A stretch of DNA of 64,000 bases from Octopus sinensis (lineage: Eukaryota), in the NCBI RefSeq assembly GCF_006345805.1, contig NC_043004.1, positions 87,234,001 to 87,298,000 of the forward strand, written 5' to 3'. The notes under the pieces were generated by a model. It had not been told where the DNA came from, did no database searches, and saw nothing but the letters and a program-made list of their open reading frames with translations. Each line of letters starts with the position of its first letter. Within the stretch, counting starts at the first letter, position 1. The position numbers and the translations under genes are program-made. Positions 1 through 13,252 of this stretch are shown piece after piece.

Positions 1-2444
1 TTATTATCAGATAGTAAAAATCAGTTGTATTTGTTAATCAGTTAAAATGAAACCAGTGTTCTACTTTCTACTAGAAAGACCAAGAGAAGGATTTTAGTAC
101 ATAAGCTTACATAGTCTCTATATTCAAAATCATTTGTACTGAAATGGTAGATAACCATTATTTATTTACTCCAAGAAATTTTGATGTTATTTTCTTAATT
201 TATACAGTTTGGTATCTCAGGCTAGAGTTGACGACAGCTTTAACTATATTATTCTATTTCACTGATTTGCAGCTGGCCAAATCATTATGTATCCATCAAC
301 TGAAATAAAAATCTGTTCAAAGGTCTTGAGTTCAAACCCACTGCAGGCATATCATTGTATGTTTAAAGCAGAACATTCAGTTTTACATTCTTAGGTATCA
401 GGAATAGGTACCAAATCATCCAAGAATGTTATATGATAAACTAGCACTCTTATTCAGTGGATGGTTTGACTCTCCTCTGTTTAGCACTCTAAAGCAAAAG
501 GTAAAGATGGGATCTTGAGGCTTTTATGGTTTGGAAGATAGTTATTTCCTAACAACTGAAGATTAAACATTTTTATGAAACCAGCTGTGCTTAAATAATT
601 CTTTATTGTTAATGACCACCAATTCACTTAACTGTAAAATATCTACCATCAGTAGGTATAGGTTACTGCTGTAAGTAGCTGGAATACTGAAAAATTGTCA
701 AGTAATTTATCATTTTGGGATGTTTTCATGAACAAAATCCAGTGAGTAAAACTTGCAGCAAATCAACATCTGTAGTAATGTTTATCTTTACATTTTATAA
801 GACTTTATTTTTGCTTTGATTTTTTTTTTTTTTATATTTCAAAAATCACGTAAAAGAAATTATGCATTCTTTCTGGTAAAAATAACTTAAATACCCTAAA
901 TTATTTTTTAAATATTGAAAACTAATAAATCTAATTTATTATGTAGATGAATTCAAAAATATTATTAATTTCAACAGCTAGATGCTGGCTGCTCTTCAGA
1001 GGCATAAATTCGCTTTCTGTTTGTTAAATGAAGTTAGCACCTGTACCTGATCAGCAATTTTCATTGACTGACCTTACATCATGAATCCTCTACCTAATTA
1101 AGGAGAGCAATTTTGCATCCTAAATTATTTTTTAAACTAAGAATTCTTCATGATGACCTGACTCCAAATTAACAATTTAAAACTTTTATATTATACTTCA
1201 TTTTTACATTTAGTTTGCAAGATTCTTGTTATGAATTTGTGTGTTGAAACAAATCTTGTATCTTGGAAGGGTTATTACACCAATAATAATAACACACTGC
1301 TCAATATCACTTCTGTATTGTTAGTCAATTGGTTAAATATCTAACTAATTGATCATTTATTTAATGCACTGGTTAAACAGTCAATCAGTTGTTTGTTGGT
1401 CAAAGTCCTTTTGTTTGCTCTTCATGACCTTCTCAATGGCTCACCTTCTCTCTCGATGATTGTATATAAACAAGTGTTAGGAAAGATTTTCTTCCCTTCT
1501 CAGACCATCAGTCCTAACAATAACATCCATAAACACATAATCATTACCATTAGTTTTTAGACATACTCTTAATTTATGCATACTCTTCCTTGAAATAGAA
1601 AAATTCTCACATCTACCTAAATTCTGGTTGAAAATATTGTTGCATAGTCATTTTAACAGATTGCTAATTCATTTCACTGGTAGCTGATCAAATGTTATTT
1701 CAGGCTCACAGACTATCAAGTCTGAAGAAACAGTAGTCATTGGACTAAATACCTTGCAATATTTAATTTTTTTCCTTTATGTTCTGAGTTGAGATACTTA
1801 TGGAACAAGCTTTGCATTTATCTCTCTCTAGGATCATGAAAACTGATAGCAAGGTCAATTTACTATATCTATTCTATACAAATTTGTAGCCTTGTCCCAT
1901 CATATCAAATTAATATTTCTTGATAATTTTTATGAAAAATATCGTAAATGCCCCATGGCAATTAAAATTTAAATTTCCTGAATTTTCTTAACAATTTTGA
2001 TACCAACCTTCCTGAGACTACTTCTGGTTCTAATACAAAAATATCCATCTTTAAACGATGACTTTCCATCAAAGTTTTATGCAAGATCCTTTTGTTAAGT
2101 TACGTCCCAAACATCAGCTTAATAATGACGGATATTTTACTAAATCCCTCTAATTTGTCAGTTCATATTTTAATTAATAAAACATTTATGCAGTGTTTTC
2201 TGATTAAAATGTGGTATCAAAAAGGTTGAATAGCTTTGACTAAGAATGTCATATCTTTTTTCAAACAAGGAAGTTATTTATTACTCAAAGTTTATTATGG
2301 GTTGTTCATGGTTGAAATATATTTAACCATAAGTTTGCTAGATCAGGGCTATCTCGGGCTGAACAACTAAGTAGTGACATGGATTTTTCAACAACGTAGC
2401 TTTCTGATTTTTGTTATATATCATATACCCAGTATGTTATAAAG

Positions 2445-2499
<55 letters not shown>

Positions 2500-2535
2500 T
2501 ATACACACACGTGCATATATATATATATATATATA

Positions 2536-2766
2536 ATTCTTTATTGCCCACAAGTGGCTAAACATAGAGGGGACAAACGAGGACAGACAAAGGGACTAAG
2601 TTGATTACATCGACCCCAGTGCGTAACTGGTACTTATTTAATCGACTCTGAAAGGATGAAAGGCAAAGTCGACCTAGGCGGAATTTGAACTTAGAATGTA
2701 GCGGCAGACAAAATACTGTTAAGCATTTCACCCAGCGCGCTAACAATTCTACCAGCTTGCCGCCTT
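2536..2766 (-). mobile_element. SINE family A. Other copies near 23125, 24780, 25005, 43730, 43963, 44270
   Basis: Very similar to 57334-57566 and 45941-46174. Confidence 0.88.
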
Positions 2767-2799
2767 CACAGCTCAAACATATATATATATAAATGTAGA

Positions 2800-3560
2800 T
2801 GGTAGTGTTATGTAAGGGTTTTCTTACATATCTATGAGAAACATTTGTATTAAATGCGTTAACCATACTACAACCATCACTGGACCTAAGACAACATCAT
2901 ATTGTTCAGAACCTTGTTACACATTGTCTAACCTTATATATTGCATCATATGCAAACTTTATGGTGCCCTTTACATTGAAGAAATGGCCTGGTGCCTTGT
3001 AGATCTCTTTCAGGAGCATATTTGGTGCCTGCTACTATGTATGCGTAGCCAACCTGTTGCCACCAGGCCATTCCATCTTTCACTTATCAGTGTGCCACAT
3101 CACTGTGCACCAGGTACCTACATTCTCAAAGAAACAGAGGGAACGTTTCATATTCAAACTTAGCACCATGTCACCAACAGGTTTAAATGGACAGTTTTCC
3201 TTCTACTCTTACACTTCCTCTTAATTCCTAAAACCCTTTCTTAACCTTAATTCCCATCTCACCTCATTTTTTCCCTTCTTCTCGCTCTCAACCTCTTTCC
3301 TTCTTCCTTCTTACACTGTTTCTCCTTCCACTTCTTTGCATATGAACCTCACATGGTCATGTGTTCCTTATCAGTTGCAGCCAGTTTTTTTTTGTTTTTT
3401 TTTTTTGTAAAACTCTGCTTTCTCTCTTTAATTTCTTTCCTTTCAGCTTTTCCTTGAAGAAGTACTGCGTTTGAAATGTTTAATTTCCACTCCTTGCAGC
3501 AAATTCACCATACTCTTTTTATCAGTTTTACTACATATGTCTTGCTCATACAAAACAGCA
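2800..3560 (+). mobile_element. Penelope-like element 3' remnant (GIY-YIG endonuclease)
   Basis: C.KC...TTTITGP...SNLIYCIIC..YGALYIEE...L.DLFQEH...QPVA matches the PLE GIY-YIG pattern, and ERFIFKLSTMSPTGLN follows in another frame. Then a CT-rich tail and a tgaaga...gaaa hammerhead-like remnant at ~3454-3480. Confidence 0.75.
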
Positions 3561-5046
3561 CCAGCCTCATTGGAGTCTGTTCAGTCATTATATATATATG
3601 TGTGTGTGTGTGTGTGTGGCAGGACTACTGTGTCACTTGAATAAAAGAATTATTTACTAGCATTAATAACTAAGACTACCAGTCATTTTCATGGGTAACC
3701 TTGGCTATATATCATCATAATGTTTATAACTTGCACTATAATACATTATCATAATAGAGGTATTAACTCTTTAAAACTTAATGATCAAATTTAAAAAGAC
3801 TTAGTGGTATTATTTAAAATTCTATTTCAAGTATTTGAATTTCAGAAAGCATTGAAAATTCTGTATCTTCTTAAATAAATTGGCCTTTTCATCTTTCTGG
3901 CATAAAAATGATTAGTTTGTCTAATTAACCTGATCATCCTGTAACCCTTACAGGACAATCAGGCTAAAAGACTTGGAAACTGTGATGCCATAATATGGGT
4001 AACTTGAAAACACTTATGAACTAAATAGCTTTCATTTCAATATATACATTATGATAGTAAGATATTATGATGATAATTATATTGGACACTACAAAATAAT
4101 ATACAATAATACAAAATGCTCTTTTGTTTTTTTCTCTATTTTCTTGTGTGTAAAATGCAAACAAATCCAACAGAAATAATTGTTTTAATTTAAGAAATGT
4201 GCCTAAATTATAATTTATGCATAAGGAAAAAAGAATTCTTCCAAGTATTTGACTTAAATTAGACAAAATTAAGGAAACAGAACTTTTAAACTTTTAAATT
4301 ATTAAAGTAGCTATCCTTTCTAAACTCTGGCATAATCTTGTAAGCCTTCATAACATTACCCAATTGCTAACGTAATTTTGTCTCTTTTTTACTTTTTTTC
4401 TTTTAAATTGTCTAGTCATAATTAAATTATTTCTTTAAAAAGCCATAGCGTATATCTGAACAGTTGTGATGATGTGACAGGCTTAGAGTTTGGTTTTAAA
4501 AGACTGTGCAAAATGAAATTTCAGCTACCAACAAGAGATGTTTCACCTTCAGACACTTATAGATAATTCCCTAGGATGGGTTGACATGGTATTTTCTAAA
4601 GATCTCCAGTGAATCTTATAACAAGCCTGGAAAGTAAATAAGTGGTGAAGATTTTGCCTTGCTTTTTATTCAAAAGGTTCACTATGTGGATAAGATGAAG
4701 TGCTTTAAATGTTTAGTCTGAGAACGATAATCATGGGGCTGTTTTGGCCTTTGTAAACTGAGAAATCAGGATAGCTGGTTGAGGTTAATATTCAAGTTGA
4801 ATTGCTGTGAACTGGAAGAGAAAACATTTAAAAAAATGAAGGATAAAGAGATGAGCACTGGCTTTGATCATCATATTCTCTTACTTCCTTTACTGCAACC
4901 TTCTTACATTTTTTGTACTTACTGTATTTAACAAAATGACTTAGAAATACATTTGAGACCAAATTGATAATATGTTAATTGCAAAGTTGTGTTTTGTCAA
5001 TGGAATAACTGAAAAGAAACTATCTATTTACTTTTTGTCATTACAG

Positions 5047-5165
5047 GACACAGCTGGCCAAGAACGATACCGAACTATTACAACAGCATATTACAGAGGG
5101 GCTATGGGATTTATATTAATGTATGATGTCACAAATGAAGAATCCTTCAATGCTGTGCAAGACTG
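5047..5165 (+). CDS. RAB3: Rab3 GTPase, internal coding exon (119 nt): [39 protein letters not shown](W)
   Basis: Rab G3/switch II motif with Rab3-type [20 protein letters not shown]. Acceptor ttttgtcattacag ends at 5046; donor TG|GTGTGT starts at 5166. Phase 2 joins correctly to the 22909 exon. Confidence 0.97.
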
Positions 5166-8100
5166 GTGTGTACCAAATATTTCTTTTGTTTCATTTTATT
5201 GCATAACTTATAAAAAAGTCTATATTTTTAAAAAATACCACAAGATCTTGTATTAAGCAGTCAGTCCTTTCTTTAAACCTCTGAGCTAGTGGTGCTTCAA
5301 CCATTTTTATTATGCCATTAAATGAATGAGTGGTAAATTTCCTTTAGATCTGATGTTGCAGGTAATTATCTTAGAAGAATAAAATAATTCTTCAAATGGA
5401 TAAACTGAAGTCAATAGAATCGAATGTCTTTCTAAAAGATATTCCAGTGAAAACATTAGCATTACTCATATTTTATATTACACCTATAATACAGCATTTC
5501 ATCTCTGTTCACTAATTAGTAATTAATCCACTTTTATTATATTTATGCAACATGTTTAGGAGTTTATATTTCAATGTTCAGTCAAGGTGGGTGGACTATA
5601 CTCATAACCCTGTCCAGGGCCTTAAATACTGGTGAGAGGGAGGAAGGTATCCTTAAATCAGAGACCTGACCCAAATGCTTACAGCAGAGTGGGCTCCACG
5701 AAAGACTCCTAAGGACCAGGTGATGGTGTTAAACTGGACAACAGATTAAGTCTGTCAGCCAAATTAAAAACATAAAATGAAATGAAATCTTAGCTTCCAA
5801 ACATCTTGAGATATTTTAAAGATATCTTATTGGTCAGTACACTAATTGACCATAAGATGTGATAAGTAATTAAACGAAATTAAGCTCCTAACTGTTGAGC
5901 AAAATTAAGACTTAGGTCCCATTTATTATTTTTTTTTCTTAGGGCTGAGTATTTTGCATTCTATTTTGTCATGAAATGACAAAACTTTTGGTTTGGGCTC
6001 CAAGAAAATGATGTGCAGTACCCTTTTGTATTGCCATACCTAAATTTTTGTGAAAAGAGTTGATTTTTAAATTTTTTCTCATTTCTCAGGTTTGCTTTGA
6101 GTAAAGACTTCCTCTAAAAATGATTTTTCTGAATGGATTATTTATGATATAAAGTTATAAATTTAATTAAAAGATCTGAAAAGTACAATTGTTTACTAAG
6201 AAATATTTAAGCATATAAGATTTACCTTAAGAATGATTTCATAATATCAGGGTTCAAAGTTCCTTCTAATTTTATGTACACAGTGACAATGCTTTTCCTC
6301 AACTGTACTGAGAGAGCAAACAAGAATTTGCTGGTTGCTATCCTTCCTAAATTCTGCAGTGACCCTTCTGATAAAAAGTTAGACATAATTATTAAATATC
6401 ATTTAGAGTGGATACATGTGAAAATGAAGGACAAAATGGTTTCAATTACCTTCTTTTGGGAGAGATGTGTCTCTAGGCTGCAAGAGGTGTAGAATCAATG
6501 CAAGTGAGAATATTAAAGCAATTATTCCACAGCAGCTCTCTCCATACACTGTTGCTAACCAACAGAAGAACTTACCTAGTAACACTAAAAATTTTGGGAG
6601 GTACTTGACCAAGTTCAGTTATCTTGCTTCCCTGTAAGCTCCAACATCCAGACTGACTGTTCAGTGTGAAAAGGATCAAAGATAAGGTAATCTTTGATCC
6701 TCTTCATATTGTTCATTGCTAAGCATGTCAATGAGACTGAGTGTCCTCAAGAACTAAAATGCTATAGAGATGACATGGAGTAACAAACGGAAACAGAAGA
6801 GAATGTGGAAAAGAAGGTGAAGGCCAATGAGTTTTTGTGAATGTAAAGAGCAGGGAGGGTCTGTTGCATCTGACAAGGAACCAAACACATCTGTCAGTCA
6901 GAAATCACTTGACCTGAAGAATTCCTGGAAGCATAGATCTAAAACCAGTGAATCATTTGTTAATCTTTATAAGATCAACAAATTATCAGAAAACCTAATT
7001 GTGATCCCTGGGGATGACTGATAAGTAGAGGAGGTGATGGTATTTCTGAGTGGGGATGAGATAATGGGAATATTGACAGGAGCTAGTATCACTGTTCAAA
7101 ATCACAAGAATTGTCTCAAGAAAAACCTACATTGCAGCCCAACCAGCTGTCATCTGGGGTGAGGGGAGGAAAAGGAGATGGTGTATTGAGCTTTACATTG
7201 ATGATAATGAGGCAGAGCCTTCAAGAAGATATCCTAATGTATGTTGGTACTAAAGATAAAATTTGGTAGTGACCTTCTATCACTGATGATATCCAGGACA
7301 CTATCAAGCAGCAGATTGTGCTTCTGGTACTTTCAGGAACCCAGGACTTTTCTTGAAGGAGTCATGTTTCGATTTAAGTAATCCCTCTGAAATTAAACAT
7401 GTCTCATTGAATACACTTTTTTTTTTTTTATAAAAGATAATTGTGACTAAAATATATGAAATATTCTTAATTAAGGTAAGTTTTTGTTCTAAAATATATT
7501 TCTTGACTAGTAGTTGTATTTTTAAGATTTTTATAATTATATGTATTATGTTATGTATCATAAATAACCATGGAGAAACTCTTTAGGTGAAGTCTTTTCA
7601 AAAGCACACCTGAGATACAAAAGTAAGTCTAAAAATCTACACTTGCCTCAAAAATTAAGGTGTCACAAAAAGGTACTGCATTCTTTTCCCTTGGAGCCTA
7701 AGCCAAAAATTATGAAGTTATTTTCAATGTGGTATATTTGACAGGATTCATCATTTATCATATTTTATTACTAAAGAAAAAGGATTTTATAGCTATTAGA
7801 TTCTTACTGAGGCACAATGTCAACTTTTGTCTTGTATTATCACTTAATCAACTCATTTCTTTAATCTGGAGAGATTAATAGGAGAATTGACCACAGTGCA
7901 ATTTGAACTCTGAATCATGATGGATGAAACTACTATAAAGTGCTTAGATCAGTATTTAGATGTTGCTGTTAAACATTACCTCCCATGTGTTTTATGTAAA
8001 ATTCAAACCTTTAAGATTTCAAGTACCATGTTAAACCTAATCAGTCTTATACTTGTTGTCCATGTGATCCAAGAGATCTTTGGCAAGGTGTAGATTATGC

Positions 8101-9449
8101 TATGCCTCCTTCATTTTTGTTTAAACTTTATCATCTTCAACTGTTCTTTAAATTATAATTCACATTCAATACTTGTTTTCCAAATGACTTAGTTTTGTTT
8201 GGTTACTAACCTTTCAAAGATCTTGTTTCCAATAAGGCTCCTCTTACAAATTATTTGAATTTAATGCTTTAAGATATGAAATACTTTAGTTTTTAATAGT
8301 TATTTAATTGACAGTGGTCTTTACTTATGTGCCCTTTCATACATTTTGCAGTTTTGAGAAAGTACAATTTAAATGTTTCATTTTTGTACTTAGTTTTCAA
8401 GATTCTTGGTGTGAAATCATGTGTTGAAAACAGATTTTGTTGTATGTTGGGAGATTCAACATTGTGAGGTACAAGAATTTGGCACAGAGATCACAAACAC
8501 CCTACAAAAATTAAACATGTTATGAACAGAGGGATAGTATACCTTCCTAATCCAGCAGAATGTCAGTTGATAGCTGGCCTAAGATGAAAAGATGCAACCA
8601 CAGGAACATGATTAAATAGAAAAACTTCTTAATGCATACTTGAGGAAAACAACCAGTGCATGTGTTTTATTGGCATAATGACCCTTCCAAGATACAGCAC
8701 AAATTAAATCAAAAATTGTTATATAAATCACAGAGTGGTTTTTATACTAAAGATGTTTCTTCCTATTCTAGTTTCCTATTATAGATTTTGTATATGAGCT
8801 GTGTTTTAGTCTCAGATCAATCTTCATTAAGCAGACCTACAATTAACGATGCTTCAAGTGTTACCATCCAGCTGGTACTCATTACTATTGAATAGACTGG
8901 AATAATATGAAATAAAGTGTCTTGCTCAAGGATGCCACACAACTCTTGGTTCAGAAATTGAACCCAGGACTTTATGATCATAAGCTGAATACCTGAACCA
9001 CTAGGCTATATGCCTCCACCCTGAGTGTGTGTGTGTGTGGTGTGTGTGTGTGTGTAACAAAATAATGGTGAAGAACACATATGACACTTGACACAAATTT
9101 CCAAAATCAGACATGGATAAACCTATGTACCTGACACCTAGTTTTTTTTTTATTTTGCTACTTTGTTCCTTGCTCTCCTTTTTTTCTTCATCTTTCAGCT
9201 TTTAAAGCCCTGTCTATCATACTATTCTACTACCATGTCACCTGCCATCTGGCTGGAACTTTTCTCAGCAGGTTGTCATATTGAAACTGCCAACTGTCCT
9301 GTTTTGTAAATCTGTATTTCCTCCTCCTTCTCATTTTATGTATTGACAAGTGCTTCTTTGGACCTATGTCTAGTTGAGGGTTCTTTCACCTGCCATACCT
9401 TCTGTGTCCATGATTCCCTCTATCTTTTACCCTGATCATTAGTCAATGC

Positions 9450-10900
9450 TGAGTTGTACATTCTTCACACACAATTCCCTATTCCATTTCCTGGTGAGTA
9501 TAGAGTTTATTTGGTAGGTGATGATGTGGTTGGTTGATTACCAGAAAGTGATATTGCACCTCAAAACTCCAAAACCCTTGATAGTCTGTCATTTCTTGTA
9601 CCATATCCATAGCTTCATGATGTTTCCCAACATATACATTAAGGTTACAAGCTATATTAACAAGGTTAGTGCCATTTTTCATTATCAATGTAGTTTGCAA
9701 GTGGGCCTCATGGAACTCCCTTTTTTTTGGTTCACTTGTTAGTCCTGACTGCTGAACATGTGAAAGAACAATTAAATCTTAATCTAATTATTCTGTCATA
9801 TACCCTGACTGGCTCAATTACTTTATTTATTTCTCTACTGATAATGTTCCTACTGGTCTGTTACCTACCCAGAAGAATTCATGCCAGCATTGTTTGTTTG
9901 TTTGTAAGAAGTCTAACTGAGGCTCCTTTCCTTCTTCCCATTTGTGAACATCACATATCTACTCACCAACTCCAGCATCTTTACAATTTCTCCAGATCTC
10001 ATGCCAGTGTTAATGGTGACACTTCTAAACTATTGTACCTGATAGGAAAAAGAGATTTCCTGTGTTGGGTGGGTTGCTTGATGTCTGTTTTCTGTATCTG
10101 TTTAGAAAGAGAGTCAATGTGATCATTTGATGACAGACAAAGGGTTCCACCCATAGCCAGGTACCAGACTACCCACTAATATGAGTAGCACTAACATGGT
10201 AAGTGTTAGTCCTGTACATGCAATTACGGTTTACCATTGTATTTGTGAATGGCAGGATTTGTATATGATTTTATTGGTTGGGTGCCCATCCTATCTTCAA
10301 CCACTTTACAGCATGGACTGGGTGCATTTTAATTGCCACCAACACTACAAGTTGTTTATCAGAACTAAAGTACACCTTCTATGTTGTGTCTCTTTTTATT
10401 CAGACTTATTGTACTTGTGTGAAGTTGTCATTTCCCTCATGCCAAATTTCATTCCAAGTTACTGCTCCCTTTGTCAGGTTACCTTCAGTTTGGCTCATAT
10501 CCTTTTATGAATTTGCTATGGATGTTTGCAGTATGGAGGTATGAAAAGGAAGATAAGGCTTCTTCGTGTTTACACTTGACTGGTGAATTTTATTCAGAAT
10601 GTATTAGTTTGCTGTGTGGAAGGAAACTCAAAGTAGACTGGATTTGCTTGACTGGTTAGGGAGCTACATCTCTCCATAATGCTTTTAAAGGTGCTCACAG
10701 ATGTGGCTAGCATATGGTAGGTTGATGAGTTTGTTTGGGGAGAAGGAATTCCTAGAAGTGTAGGGTAACAGCTTACAGTCGACAGGCAGATTGAGATGAC
10801 TAGAATAATAGTGGCTGGTCATATTTGTCATGATAAAAAAAAGTGGAGGTGCATTTGACAAGCAGAGTGGCTATCTATGGTTACTAGGTATAAATGTTGC
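9450..10900 (-). mobile_element. Possible highly decayed Penelope-like element
   Basis: Minus-strand TNLVNIACNLNVYVGK and ITYQINSILT resemble GIY-YIG N- and C-terminal motifs. Many stops. Confidence 0.35.
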
Positions 10901-11209
10901 TTCTGTTTCACTGTCTGAGAATAAGCTAATTTCTATAGGGTTATCTTCTGAAGCAGCATGTCCTGATAAGTTTAAGGGAAATCAAAGTGTGGGATGGGGA
11001 GTAGACATATCAGCATAAAACCATTGCAGTAACTATATATATAACTTGTGCTGATATTTTGGTTAATCTTTCTTCTAGACAGAATTTATTGTTTTCATTT
11101 TGCATATATTCTGGTTGCTAGAAATAATTAAGGAAATAATTGTGAAAAATAGTTAATATTTTTATGAGATATTAAATCTACCCTTATATTATCTCATGTT
11201 CTTTGCCTC

Positions 11210-11257
11210 TATCTATCTATCTATCTATTTATCTATGTCTATTTTTATTTATCTGTC

Positions 11258-11303
<46 letters not shown>

Positions 11304-11375
11304 CCACACACATGTATGTGTGTATGTACATGTATATATGTATGTGCATGTATATATTTGTGTGTGTGTGTGCGT
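11210..11375. repeat. Compound microsatellite (TCTA/TA/CA/TG), representative of many (2450, 12370, 13200, 17690, 27360, 27950, 30265, 48000, 53560)
   Basis: Directly visible simple repeats. Confidence 0.95.
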
Positions 11376-12999
11376 ATGGGTAAATAGTAATGAAATTTGG
11401 CATTAACAATATTAAAAAACCACATATATTTTCATAAGTGGTTTCTCCGCAGTCTACTAATTTCATTTGGAAGAACTACTACATGATTGCTTAACCTGTT
11501 AGAAATAGACAGAAGGGAACATAAGACAATGTCATCCTAGAAACACCATATCTAAAAATGTGATGGAATGGTCATGTCTGGAGCATATTTGGTCATAGGT
11601 CTGGCTGACCAGGCCTGACTTGGTGCTAAACACCCACAAAATTTTTCATTTGTAATAATGTTTTGTGTTGATGTTATTGTTTTCTGAATAAGTTCAATGT
11701 CATTACAAATTTAAAAGATTTTTGTTATATTTAGAATTAATCCTCATGAGGTGTTGGTAATTAAATAAAATGGCTAATACTCAAACTACAATATAGATTA
11801 TTAAGAAAAGCTTGCCTTGGCACTCTCCTGACAGCTATTGAAATTGTTAATGTGCTCCTTTGAATGCAACAATCTAGTGTTCACTTTCTCTACACTTTGT
11901 TGCTTGTGTGCAGCTATAAGCATCACTACTGCTACTTGTCATGACATTCTGAAAATCAATATTTCTAACAAGCGTTCTGTTCAAAGAAAACCACTGCTAC
12001 ATTGCTGCAGAATCTCCTCAACAACTGGGCAGTTTGGTTACTTGGCTTACTTCACACACACACACACACACACACATACACACTCGCACACATGTTCACA
12101 TCACATTATACTAACAGACACCCACCTACCTACACAAACAAACATACACCCACTTACATACGCCTACACTAACTAACATAACAAACACTGAGAGAGAGAG
12201 AGAGAGAAAGAAAAGGTGATTATAAAATGGGTTTGGACTGAATTTCTACTGCAACCAATATCCATATCTTCCTTACTTCCATCACAGTATCGATTGCTCT
12301 AGAAAATCGGTACCTGTCCACTTTAACTGTACTTATTTTCTTCCCTGATGCTAATCTACATAATATAAAGTAATAATAATAATAATAATGATAATAATAA
12401 TAATAATAATAATAATAAAGCCAACAATAACATGAATTGATAAAATAAATAAAAAAGGGGGGGAAAAACAAAGCTCACCAGCTGCTTGACTCCAACTACT
12501 GCTTTGTCATGTGACACTTCTACTGTTCTATTGATTTTCTATACTGAAGAGAGAGAGAGAGAGAGAGAAAAAAAATTTAGGTAGCCATTTTGTTGTTTCC
12601 TACTTATCATTTTGTACACTTCATCATTAATCAATTAAGCTGAAAACTACTAGGATAGTTTCCATCCTCACTCACTCTCTCTCTCCCTTTCTGTCTCTCT
12701 GCATCATTGTTATTCAAATAATTTATTATTATTACTGCTGTTTTTTTCTGTTGATAATCTTCTGTTGCCTTTAAAACAAAGAACCCTGCCCCCTCATCTC
12801 TTGGTATGTATGTTTGGTAGCAGTATAGTTTGTTGCAAGTGCTACTTTAGGAATGTCAATAATAGGATCTAATCCTGGTTCAAACCTTTACTTTACCAAG
12901 TTTTTTTTTAAATTTATTTTAAGTGGTCAAAAAAAAAATGAGTTCTAAATTTTATGAGATACACTTTAACATGTAGTTTATCATCATCACCATCATCAT

Positions 13000-13217
13000 C
13001 ATGATGTACTGGTAGAATTGTAAACATGTTCAACAAAATGCTTAGCAGTATTCCTATTGGCTCTTAATGTTCTGCATTCAAATCCCTCCAAGGTCAGCTT
13101 TTCCTTATATCCCTTCAGGGTCAATAAAATAGAGTACGAGTCAATGTAATCGACATGGCCTCCCCCATTAAAACTGCAGGTTTTGTGCAAAAATTAGAAT
13201 TATCATTATTGTATTAT

Positions 13218-13252
<35 letters not shown>

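Noticed and set aside
4972-5256. Single-exon 94-aa Rab ORF (also 22958-23212, 26131-26328, 42460-42711 and 55541-55738 as standalone ORFs)
   Set aside because: Only the splice-bounded parts are homologous; the rest is intron or UTR read-through.
6980-7300. CR1-type ORF1 esterase remnant (LIVIPGDD, ILMYVGTKD)
   Set aside because: Only two short fuzzy motifs, too degraded to support as a feature.
11196-12471. His/Thr-, Cys/Val- and Tyr-rich ORFs
   Set aside because: Translations of CA, TG, TA and ATT microsatellites.
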